Of a stretch of DNA of 64,000 bases, positions 38,914 through 47,539 are shown one piece after another (the first letter of the stretch is position 1; every line of letters begins with the position of its first letter). This stretch comes from Dehalococcoidia bacterium. GTDB taxonomy: Bacteria; Chloroflexota; Dehalococcoidia; Lucifugimonadales; VXLM01. Below the pieces are notes generated by a model. That model had not been told where the DNA came from and did not search any database. It saw nothing but the letters and a program-made list of their open reading frames with translations. Where the stretch lies: positions 3,752,507 to 3,816,506 of the forward strand of contig OY759598.1 in assembly GCA_963662435.1 (NCBI GenBank), given 5' to 3'. Both the position numbers and the translations under genes were made by a program.

Positions 38914-41028
38914 ATGCCCGTCCCGACTCATAACATGCCGACCATTCGAGCAGTGGAGCTTGGCCCGCCCCCGGAGTGGGCGCTCCTTCAACGGAAGTTG
39001 ATGAGCACCATGGAGGAGGCCGCAGACTGCTTCGTCGAGAAGTACTGTCGGTCGGACCTCAGCACGTATTACGTCCAGGATGTTGACGATATCTACGAGA
39101 TCATGCACAACTGGGGGCTCTTCTACGCGCTGGGAGGGGCCGATCGGATTCTCGATTACGCCCTTGGCTTCTGGAATGCCACGACCCGCTACTACGAGGA
39201 CACCGGAGACGACGGGGGAACTCCACACCATCAGTTCTATATGCCACAGCTCCACAATGAGTTTTGGAACCTGAACATCCCGTACAACTCCGACTGGTTC
39301 CACATAGGTGAGGGTTCACAGTCCTTTTACGAATTCGGACTGGCTGATCCGAACCTGGAGGAGAACATGCGCCGGGCGACGAGGTTCGCCGGCCTGTACA
39401 TGGGCGAAGACCCCAACGCCCCCAACTACGATCCCAACCACCGAATCATCCGGTCGCCGTATCACGGCAGCGAGGGACCCCTTCGGCATGCCGGGAGCAA
39501 GGTCCCTCTGCTCCATTCGCTGGGAGAGACCACCGACGACATAGATTTCGTGAAGGCTTGGCTGGACCATCCAAACTACGGTGGTTTCTTGCATCGCTCC
39601 ATCGTTCGAGACTGGGAGCGCTGGGACAAGGGCGACGGAAGCCCGGTGGGCGTCGACACTCATCATGTCCTCTACCCGGCCATCAAGGACCTGGAACCTA
39701 ATTGGTGGAAGGATCCCCGACGACGGCGGGGAGTCGTCGAGGTATTCGACAGATTGGCATTAGATGGCGATGTGCCGGAGAACCTCGGCGCCACTGCGAT
39801 GGTGACGAATGCCTACCTCTACACCGGCGAGGAGAAGTACCGGCAGTGGGTCCTGGACTACGTTGAAGCGTGGCTTGACCGCACCCGAAGGAACGACGGA
39901 ATTATTCCGGACAATGTTGGGCCTACCGGCAAGACCGGAGAGCATCGCAACGGGCAGTGGTGGGGTGGCCTGAACGGCTGGGCCAGCGAGCGCGGCGGCG
40001 CCAACATGCTGCTCTCCGTAGCGGTGGGGGCGGAGTGCGCTCACTTGCTAACGGGCGATACCGGCTACCTGGAGCTCCTGAGGTCGCCGATCGACGCTCT
40101 CCTTGCACGTTCAAAGACCGACGACGACGGTGACCTGCTCTTACCGATGCGCCATGGCTTTGTGCCGCGGGCAGAGGTGTCGGGAACGAATGTGGAGGCC
40201 GGATGGAGCGATTTTGAAAAGAAGGACATATACGAGCTTTCGCACCTCTATCACGCCTCGATGAGCGACACGGACCGCAACACCATTCTGAGTATGCGCG
40301 ACAACGACCCGCACCGCGACTGGAACGATGTCGATAGCCAGCGAGACCGGAGGAGCGGCGATGCTGAGTACGGCCGATTCCAGTATTACGACGGCAGGAA
40401 TCCCGACTGGCCGCTCAAGATCCAGCACGCCGAGCTTCGTTTTGTGTTGGCCATGTTGGAGGCTATGCGCCAGGACACCAGAGACGTGGAGACGATCATC
40501 CGAGACAACCACTGGCCTCCCGTGCATCCGGAGTACCCTGAGCGGAGGGACTATGGCTGCGAGGCCGCCAACCCACTCGTGGCGAAGGGTCTGACACAGG
40601 TGACGACGGGCGCGCCACAGAACATCTACAACGGCGGCCTCCAAAGGGGAAGCGTCCGCTATTACGATGTCGACCGCGCCAGACCGGGACTGCCGCCCGA
40701 CGTGGCGGCCCTGGTCACTAAGCTTGGACAGAACGAAACAGGGCTGGAACTGGTCAACGTCAGCACCAATGCGACGCGCAGGCTAATCGTGCAAGCGGGA
40801 GTCTTTGGGGAGCACCGGTTCAATGAGGTGAAGGTCCTCGACCGCACGGGCGCTGCGTCGGCCCTGGATCCCCTAGGATGGCTTTCAGAAAGCAAGAACG
40901 TCACGGAACGTCTCGTACACGTAAATGGCAGACACTTTGTCGTGGAGCTTCCGCCTTCCACGTCCTTGAGAATCGAGGCGGGCGTGAGGCGGTTCGCGAA
41001 CCGTCCCAGCTACGCGCAGCCCTGGTAG
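38914..41028 (+). CDS. Conserved hypothetical protein, probable alpha/alpha-barrel enzyme
   Basis: 704-aa ORF with RBS; DDIYE, DWFHIGEG, AYLYTGEEKY, GIIPDNVG; C-terminal beta sandwich. Confidence 0.6.
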   Translation: MPVPTHNMPTIRAVELGPPPEWALLQRKLMSTMEEAADCFVEKYCRSDLSTYYVQDVDDIYEIMHNWGLFYALGGADRILDYALGFWNATTRYYEDTGDDGGTPHHQFYMPQLHNEFWNLNIPYNSDWFHIGEGSQSFYEFGLADPNLEENMRRATRFAGLYMGEDPNAPNYDPNHRIIRSPYHGSEGPLRHAGSKVPLLHSLGETTDDIDFVKAWLDHPNYGGFLHRSIVRDWERWDKGDGSPVGVDTHHVLYPAIKDLEPNWWKDPRRRRGVVEVFDRLALDGDVPENLGATAMVTNAYLYTGEEKYRQWVLDYVEAWLDRTRRNDGIIPDNVGPTGKTGEHRNGQWWGGLNGWASERGGANMLLSVAVGAECAHLLTGDTGYLELLRSPIDALLARSKTDDDGDLLLPMRHGFVPRAEVSGTNVEAGWSDFEKKDIYELSHLYHASMSDTDRNTILSMRDNDPHRDWNDVDSQRDRRSGDAEYGRFQYYDGRNPDWPLKIQHAELRFVLAMLEAMRQDTRDVETIIRDNHWPPVHPEYPERRDYGCEAANPLVAKGLTQVTTGAPQNIYNGGLQRGSVRYYDVDRARPGLPPDVAALVTKLGQNETGLELVNVSTNATRRLIVQAGVFGEHRFNEVKVLDRTGAASALDPLGWLSESKNVTERLVHVNGRHFVVELPPSTSLRIEAGVRRFANRPSYAQPW

Positions 41029-41046
41029 TAGGGTTGGGTTGGGACT

Positions 41047-41340
41047 TCAGAATCCCGACAGCACCTCGCGGTCGATGTCGGACACGTAGGCGTCCTCAAC
41101 CGTTGCTTCGATGTAGCTGACGACGTTCGTGATGACCTCGTCCGCGTGACGCGCCGAGTTCGACACCGCGGTCAGGCCCAGCCCTGCGGTCTGCCACGAG
41201 TCGTTGAAGTCGACCTCGGCGATAGACACGTTGAACTTGTTCCTGACTCGCGCCATGAGCGAGCCGATCACGCGTCTCTTGCCCTTGAGACTGCCGTTTT
41301 CGGGCAACTGGAGGGTTATTCTTGCGGTGCCTAGGTGCAT
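41047..41340 (-). CDS. DUF503 (YlxP-like) protein
   Basis: SLKGKRRV, KFNVSIAEV, W..A.LG. Confidence 0.88.
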   Translation of the reverse strand: MHLGTARITLQLPENGSLKGKRRVIGSLMARVRNKFNVSIAEVDFNDSWQTAGLGLTAVSNSARHADEVITNVVSYIEATVEDAYVSDIDREVLSGF

Positions 41341-42077
41341 CAGTCCTTCAGGAAGTCCCTGACGATCCGGCCCCAATTCTCCGTGAAGTCCGACTCCATG
41401 TAGTATGCGCCAACGTACTCGGTCGGCGTGAAGTCTGAGAGGTCGTACACCGGCGACGGGTTGAACTGCACTACTCCGTCACCCGCTCGACAGACGTGAA
41501 CCACTGTGTCCGAGCTCACGTCCGCCCCGTCGATGAGTTGCAGCACGTCCATCCCCTGGCCGTCCGCTCGCGGGATCGCCTTCAGGCGCCATGAGTGCTC
41601 TGATGCGGGCATGTCCTCCAGCGAGCACTCATGGTGCATAGTTGAGCGAATGCTCATGATCGACGTGCCGGCAACGAGGGTGTTCGTATACATCACCCGC
41701 TCGGCAAAGCCAATCTCGAAATCGGCCCAGACCTTGGGGGTACCGTAGATCTCGCGGCCCGCCGGAATGCTGGACTTCGAATTCAGGAACGCCACCGGCG
41801 TGAACCAACCGTCCTCACCCTCGTAGCTGCACGCGACCGAGAGTGCGCTCTCGTCGAATGCGCCGTAGTTCGCAGACCACGGCACCGTCAGGCCGGTGGC
41901 CATGCACATCGGGTCTTCAGGGGTGTCGAAGCAATCCGGGAGTATCCGGTCGATTGCCGACTCCGCCGCCCGAAAGTACACGAACTGGAACTGGGCGTTG
42001 CGGTACCGAGCGGGCGGCATCGGGAAATACGAAGAAAACGCCGGCATGGACTTGATCCGGTCAAGTGGGATGGTCAT
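41340..42077 (-). CDS. Acetoacetate decarboxylase-like superfamily protein
   Basis: GREIYGTPK Schiff-base lysine motif, LKAIP. Confidence 0.82.
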   Translation of the reverse strand: MTIPLDRIKSMPAFSSYFPMPPARYRNAQFQFVYFRAAESAIDRILPDCFDTPEDPMCMATGLTVPWSANYGAFDESALSVACSYEGEDGWFTPVAFLNSKSSIPAGREIYGTPKVWADFEIGFAERVMYTNTLVAGTSIMSIRSTMHHECSLEDMPASEHSWRLKAIPRADGQGMDVLQLIDGADVSSDTVVHVCRAGDGVVQFNPSPVYDLSDFTPTEYVGAYYMESDFTENWGRIVRDFLKD

Positions 42078-42126
42078 TGGGCCTCCAGTGGCGAACGTAA
42101 TTTGAATAGGTGACGGGCTACCTGAC

Positions 42127-42498
42127 TCAATGCCCTTCCACCGCGTTCTCGATCACCTCAAAGCGCAGCAGCTTGCCGTTGTGGCCCAGCTCGATTGCGA
42201 CGAGGTCGATACGCCAGTCATGGTACTCCACGCCGCTGCGTTGCAGGTAGTGCTCGGCGGATGCGATCATGCGCGCGGCCTTGTCCGGCGTGATCGATTC
42301 TTCGGGTGTGCCGAACCCACCGGGCCTGCGTGTCCTCACCTCGACGAATACGAGGGTACCTTCATGCTCACACACCAGGTCGATCTCACCGTGCGTAGTG
42401 CGATGCCTCCGCTCGATGATGCGGTATCCGGAATTCGCAAGCCGTCGAGCCGCGATCTCCTCGCCCAGCGCTCCCGTACGTTGACGCGGCGTCGTCAT
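42127..42498 (-). CDS. yraN: YraN (UPF0102) family nuclease-like protein
   Basis: G.LGE..A, GEIDLV, LVFVEVRTR, WRIDLVAI. Confidence 0.9.
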   Translation of the reverse strand: MTTPRQRTGALGEEIAARRLANSGYRIIERRHRTTHGEIDLVCEHEGTLVFVEVRTRRPGGFGTPEESITPDKAARMIASAEHYLQRSGVEYHDWRIDLVAIELGHNGKLLRFEVIENAVEGH

Positions 42499-43154
42499 CG
42501 CGAGTGGCCGGAATGACGTATCGGAGCGAACGAATACCTGTGGACAGGACAGGGGCCAAGCTTCTCGATGCTTCTGATGTGCTCGGCGCTGCCGTACCCT
42601 TTGTGACCCGCGAATCCGTAACCCGGATATTTCACGTCCAGCTCTGCCATCATCCGGTCGCGCGTGACTTTCGCCACCACTGATGCGGCTGCGATGGAGA
42701 GACTCAGGGCGTCGCCCTTCACGATGGCCTTCTGCGGGATATTCACGTCCGGCAGGGGGAAGGCGTCGATCAGCAGGTACTGCGGCATGAGTGCGAGGGC
42801 GTCCAGGGCCCGCCGCATCGCCAGCGCCGTCGCCGGAACAATGCCCAACTCGTCGATCTCTCTCGCCGATGCCTCTCCGGTCGCCGTGCCCCAGGCGTTT
42901 CGCAGAATGGCCGCGTGCGACCGCTCCCGCTGCGCTGCCGTCATCGCCTTGCTGTCGCGGATGCCATCCAGCCAGACGCCCTCAGGACGCGGAGGCAGGA
43001 TAACCACCCCGGCCACGACCGGCCCCGCAAGGGGACCCCGTCCGACCTCGTCTATTCCGGCGATATACGAGAACCCAAGCTCCAGGAGGGCCTCCTCCTC
43101 ATCATAGGGAGCGTGAGTAAGCGTTTTTTCGTTCGACGACGTTCCGGATTGCAA
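42495..43154 (-). CDS. rnhB: Ribonuclease HII
   Basis: GIDEVGRGPLAGPV, RDSK, KGD, AASVVAKV.RD; TTG start inferred after AGGTGG. Confidence 0.95.
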   Translation of the reverse strand: MQSGTSSNEKTLTHAPYDEEEALLELGFSYIAGIDEVGRGPLAGPVVAGVVILPPRPEGVWLDGIRDSKAMTAAQRERSHAAILRNAWGTATGEASAREIDELGIVPATALAMRRALDALALMPQYLLIDAFPLPDVNIPQKAIVKGDALSLSIAAASVVAKVTRDRMMAELDVKYPGYGFAGHKGYGSAEHIRSIEKLGPCPVHRYSFAPIRHSGHSR

Positions 43155-43336
43155 CGAACCACCTGTCGCTGCCGCCGCGTCAGGGACGGCGGTGCTGCAG
43201 GAAGTATACCGAAGCACCGGCAAGTGTGGCGCGGTAAGACCAAGTTGGTGTCCAAGGGAAGTGCCGTTCGCCCTTGAATCAAAGTACGGGGTGAACTATG
43301 AGACTGTGGGAGGGTGAGTCTTCGTGCCGGATTTCA

Positions 43337-43399
43337 TGGTTCGACAAGCTCACCACGAATGGTTATGGCTAGGCTGATTGATCACTCACCACGTACGGT
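43337..43399 (+). repeat. REP-like element plus degenerate tandem copy
   Basis: tggttcgacaagctcaccacgaatgg followed by ...ctcaccacgtacgg. Confidence 0.55.
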
Positions 43400-43424
43400 T
43401 ATGATCGGATAGCTCGATCAGTGA

Positions 43425-44516
43425 CTAGGCAGCGACCGGTGGGTCAACCTCGATGATCCCGCCACCGACGAGTTCGTCGTCTCGGTAGAACACCACTGCC
43501 TGACCCGGCGTGATCGCCCTCTGCGGTTCGTCAAAGGAGATCTCGGCGTATTCGTCGCGAAGGGTAACGGTAGCCGGCGCTTCCGACGCCTTGTACCTGA
43601 TCTTCGCCGTCACTCTCAGCGGCTCGCCATCCGCCGATCCTGCCGGGAAGTTGATCCGTGAAGCCCACATCTGCGAACGGTACAGGTCGTCCTTGCCGCC
43701 CAGGGTCACCCGGTTAGACGCGGGATCGATCTTCACGACGTACCTTGGCTCCCCCGATCCGCCGTCCAGCCCCAGTCCTCGCCGCTGTCCGATGGTGAAG
43801 AACTGCACACCTGGGTGCTGTCCCAAGACCTCGCCATAGAGGTCGATTAGGTCTCCCGGCTGGGGACGCGTGCGGTCTGCCAGGAACGAGCGGTAGTTAT
43901 CGTCCGGGATGAAGCAGATCTCCTGGCTGTCCGGCTTGTCGGCGACGGGGAGCCCCGCTTCCGCGGCCATCTCCCGGATCTCCGACTTGGGGTACTCGCC
44001 CACCGGGAACAGCAGTCTTCCCAGTTCTGGCTGGGTCAGCGTGAACAGTACGTACGACTGATCCTTGCCGGCGTCAGCACCCTTGAGGAGCCGATACGAA
44101 GACCCACCGTTCCTGATGCGGGCGTAGTGACCCGTCGCGATATAGTCCGCGTCTAGGAACATGGCGCGCCGGAGCAAGAAGTCGAACTTGATCTTGTCGT
44201 TGCAGGCCAGGCACGGATGGGGTGTCCGGCCACGATCATACTCCTCGATGAAGTAGTCCACGACGTGCGACTGGAATTCGCGCTCGAAGTTCTGGACGTA
44301 ATGGGGCACGCCTATGGTCTGGCACACGCGACGCGCGTCCTGCACGTCCTCGACTGAGCAGCAGCGCTTGCTGTGGGCCGGAACGTCGTCGCGCTCCTCC
44401 GTCCACAGCCGCATGGTAACGCCAATGACCTCGTAGCCCTGGCGGTGCAGGAGCAGGGCAGCCACGGAAGAGTCAACGCCTCCGCTCATTGCGACTACTA
44501 CTCGTCCCTTGCTCAT
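43425..44516 (-). CDS. mnmA: tRNA-specific 2-thiouridylase
   Basis: AMSGGVDSS, TP.PC..CN, ATGHYA, KDQSY, DSQEICF, TPGQ. Confidence 0.97.
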   Translation of the reverse strand: MSKGRVVVAMSGGVDSSVAALLLHRQGYEVIGVTMRLWTEERDDVPAHSKRCCSVEDVQDARRVCQTIGVPHYVQNFEREFQSHVVDYFIEEYDRGRTPHPCLACNDKIKFDFLLRRAMFLDADYIATGHYARIRNGGSSYRLLKGADAGKDQSYVLFTLTQPELGRLLFPVGEYPKSEIREMAAEAGLPVADKPDSQEICFIPDDNYRSFLADRTRPQPGDLIDLYGEVLGQHPGVQFFTIGQRRGLGLDGGSGEPRYVVKIDPASNRVTLGGKDDLYRSQMWASRINFPAGSADGEPLRVTAKIRYKASEAPATVTLRDEYAEISFDEPQRAITPGQAVVFYRDDELVGGGIIEVDPPVAA

Positions 44517-44643
44517 GCTATGCCAGCCTTGAAAATTGGACTCTCCCCACTAGATCACGACTGCTTACAAGTCGGCAAGAAGACTGGGGGAGTGAATGGG
44601 AGAAGATACCCTGAACGGCACCTTGGATTTAGCCTAGGTCTCC

Positions 44644-44673
44644 ATTCTAGCCCCGGGAGACCAAGCCGGGCAA
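44644..44673 (-). promoter_or_regulatory. Putative mnmA promoter TTGCCC-N18-TAGAAT
   Basis: Minus-strand hexamers; the -10 sits inside the inverted repeat GGTCTCC-N12-GGAGACC. Confidence 0.5.
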
Positions 44674-44752
44674 TATAAACTCGCCGACTCAGGATGCCTT
44701 TCGCTTGACCCTTTGGCGAATTGGGAACGCCGTTCACGCTGCTGACGTGCTG

Positions 44753-45151
44753 CTACACCAACGAAGCCTTGTCGACCAGGGTCTCCGCCTTCTTGCGTTC
44801 GCTGGCGGACACCGATAACGCGACGATGGTGTGGCCCGACTTTCGGTCGACGATGTGCAGGCTCTGAATGTTGATTCCCGCGTCCCTGAATCTCTCCGCC
44901 AGTCGTGCCAGCGATCCCGGCTCATCCCGTAGTCGGAGCACCAGTGAATCGTCGGAAAGCGCCTTGAATCCCGCGTTCGTAAGGGCTCGAATGGCTTCGT
45001 CGTATGCGTCGGTGGTCAGGGTGATGGCGCCGGTCTGGTCGACTCCCTCGGCGCTGATCATCTCGATGTTGATTCCCTCGTCCGCCAGCGTCCGGCTGAT
45101 GTCGGCAATGACTCCCACCTCGTTCTTGGCCATGATGATGATTCTGTTCAT
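44753..45151 (-). CDS. Tandem ACT-domain protein
   Basis: NEVGVIADIS..LA..GINI and DEPGSLA.LA..F...GINI. Confidence 0.85.
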   Translation of the reverse strand: MNRIIIMAKNEVGVIADISRTLADEGINIEMISAEGVDQTGAITLTTDAYDEAIRALTNAGFKALSDDSLVLRLRDEPGSLARLAERFRDAGINIQSLHIVDRKSGHTIVALSVSASERKKAETLVDKASLV

Positions 45152-45168
45152 CCTGCCGTCCTCCGGTC

Positions 45169-46278
45169 TTAATCAGGTTGGCGCAGGCAGTCGTCGACCA
45201 CCTCGTCTACCGTCTCGCGCGTCACATGGGGCATGGCAATCAGGTGAGCGATGCCCTCGTAGGGAGCGAGCTGCCACTTCCGTACCACCTCATCGGAAGG
45301 TTTGGGAAATACCACTGTCACCGAGTTCCTGTTCCTCCAGGCATCCATGCCGCTATCGTTGAAGCGCGCGACCGCGTAGTCCGCTATTTCCAGGCAGCCA
45401 GCCACCGATTCCCGGAAACCCTCGAACCCGCGTTCGCGAAGAGCGTACCACATCATGAGCGGCGTGAGGGCGCTGCGCGACCCCGTTAGCGTGGTATCCA
45501 ACACTCCCACGTACTCGATCGACCGTGCTATCCGCGAGACGTACTCGCTCCTCGTCAGGGCCACGCCGCAGGGCAGGGGAGACCCGATCATCTTGTGCCC
45601 GCTGATGGCGACGCTGTCGAACCCCGCGTCGAACCCGAACGGCTGTGGATCGTCAACGAAAGGCAAGATCATTCCACTCAGGGCCGCGTCGGCGTGGATG
45701 TAGGCATTCGCCACTGCCAGATCGTCCAGAATCTCCCGCACCTTGCTCACGTCGTCGACCGCGCCCTTCATCGTCGTTCCGATGTTCGCCATGAAGATGA
45801 CCGGCACGTCTCTATTGATCCTGATCGTCTCGTGGAGGTCGTCGTAGTCGATCTCTCCGTTGTCCTGGCTCTTAATCATAATGTTGCGAGCTTTCAAGAG
45901 CCTCAGGATCTTCACGACGCTATAGTGCGTGTCCTGCGAGAAATACACTACCCCTTCCGGGTACGTTTCCCGTCCCATGTACAGCCCGTACATGTTCCCC
46001 TCGGTGCCGCCCGACGTCACGTATCCCCATGCATCGTCCCGAGGCAGATGCATCAGGTCGGAAAAGAACCCGACGACCTCGCGCTCCATCTCGTGCGTAT
46101 TGCTCTGGAAGTTGCTGTCGTGGAAGGGGTCTCCCACGTTGTTGGCCGAAAAACTCAGGAAAGGCAAAAGCGCCGAGTAATCGAAGTCCTGGTTGCAGGG
46201 ATACCCCACGAGCCGGGAGCCCAATTCCTCGAACTCGCGCAGTAGAGAATCAAGGCGCTCTTGCGTATCGGTGTTCAC
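45169..46278 (-). CDS. PLP-dependent group II decarboxylase (histidine/serine decarboxylase type)
   Basis: GYP.N, NNVGDP, WGYVTSGGTEGN, HYSV.K, HADAAL, SGHK; GTG start after GGAGG. Confidence 0.88.
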   Translation of the reverse strand: MNTDTQERLDSLLREFEELGSRLVGYPCNQDFDYSALLPFLSFSANNVGDPFHDSNFQSNTHEMEREVVGFFSDLMHLPRDDAWGYVTSGGTEGNMYGLYMGRETYPEGVVYFSQDTHYSVVKILRLLKARNIMIKSQDNGEIDYDDLHETIRINRDVPVIFMANIGTTMKGAVDDVSKVREILDDLAVANAYIHADAALSGMILPFVDDPQPFGFDAGFDSVAISGHKMIGSPLPCGVALTRSEYVSRIARSIEYVGVLDTTLTGSRSALTPLMMWYALRERGFEGFRESVAGCLEIADYAVARFNDSGMDAWRNRNSVTVVFPKPSDEVVRKWQLAPYEGIAHLIAMPHVTRETVDEVVDDCLRQPD

Positions 46279-46520
46279 CCAGGCACCCTCCAGCCAATCG
46301 AGGTTGTCATTAACATTAACGCTACACCGCCCCAAGCCGTCAACCATGTCAGAGTTTACGCCAAACTTCTCAAATCGTCATTTCCATGAAGTTGGGATTC
46401 CACTGTCCCTGCCAGCTCTTCGCTCGCCTAGATGACTTCCACGATGAGTTTGACCCAACCAAAATGCTAGAATAAAGAGGCAGCCGGAACGTACCCTGAG
46501 GCGTTGAACAGACAACAGGC

Positions 46521-47528
46521 ATGGCAAGACTCGTAACCTTCGGCGAGACCATGGTCTCGTACAACGCCACATACAGTGGACCGTTCGACCCTTCGGTTGA
46601 CGGTCCCTACGAGGTCTACTGCGCGGGGGCCGAATCCAATGTCTGCCTCGACCTCGAGCGCCTGTCCGTCCCAGGACTCGAAACCGTCTGGGTCAGCAAA
46701 CTCGGCAGGGACAAGGAAGGTGACGCAATTCGCGGTTCGCTCGAAGGGCGAACGACCGTTATCGCCCCCCAAGTCCAGGAGTATCCGTCCGGCATCGCCT
46801 ACGTAAACCACCTGGAAGACGGCAGTATCGTAAAGTCCTACCGCCGAAAGGGCAGCGCCGCCAGTACGGTATCCATCGACGATGTCCGTCCTCACCTAGC
46901 CGGGGCCGACGCGCTCCACGTTACCGGCATAACTCCCGCGCTCAGCGGGACCACTCACGACACGATATTCCAAGCGATCGAATTCGCCCAAGAGAACGAG
47001 ATTCCCGTCACCATCGACGTAAACTACCGACCGCCCATCTGGGATCCTGACGATGCACGGCCCGTATTTGACCGTATGATCCCATATTCCTGGGTATTCA
47101 AGGTTGGACATGATGAGGCCGAGACTGTCTGGGGCTGGGGACTCTCGGCGGAGGAATACGCTCGCCGCTTCCAGCGCCTGAATGGTCGCCTGGTCATCGT
47201 CACCCGCGATGCCGATGGGGCCATCGCATACGATGGCGAGATTCTCGTCGAACATCCCGGCTACTTGATAGACTTCGTAGATCCAGTCGGCGCCGGGGAC
47301 GCCTTCATCGCCGGTTTCCTTGCTGAGGTCTTCAGGCAGGGAACGGTCAAGAGCTTCTTCGACTCGAACAAGAAGCAACGCCGGAAGACTCTTGAACGAT
47401 GCCTCGCGGTCGCGAACGTCTGCGGGGCGCTCATTTGCACCCGTCGCGGAGATACAGAAGCCATGCCGACGGCCGAAGAAGTAGCGGCTTTTCTTGACGT
47501 CGACGACCGTTCGAAAAACACAACCTGA
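46521..47528 (+). CDS. PfkB family sugar kinase (KdgK-like)
   Basis: GAESNV, DVNYR, DPVGAGDAF. Confidence 0.9.
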   Translation: MARLVTFGETMVSYNATYSGPFDPSVDGPYEVYCAGAESNVCLDLERLSVPGLETVWVSKLGRDKEGDAIRGSLEGRTTVIAPQVQEYPSGIAYVNHLEDGSIVKSYRRKGSAASTVSIDDVRPHLAGADALHVTGITPALSGTTHDTIFQAIEFAQENEIPVTIDVNYRPPIWDPDDARPVFDRMIPYSWVFKVGHDEAETVWGWGLSAEEYARRFQRLNGRLVIVTRDADGAIAYDGEILVEHPGYLIDFVDPVGAGDAFIAGFLAEVFRQGTVKSFFDSNKKQRRKTLERCLAVANVCGALICTRRGDTEAMPTAEEVAAFLDVDDRSKNTT

Positions 47529-47539
47529 AAGCGATTCCA

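Noticed and set aside
44618..44698. SAM-I-like GGCAxCC/AAGGTGCC pairing on the minus strand
   Set aside because: No AUCxxGAG P1 junction upstream, and the region is better explained as a promoter
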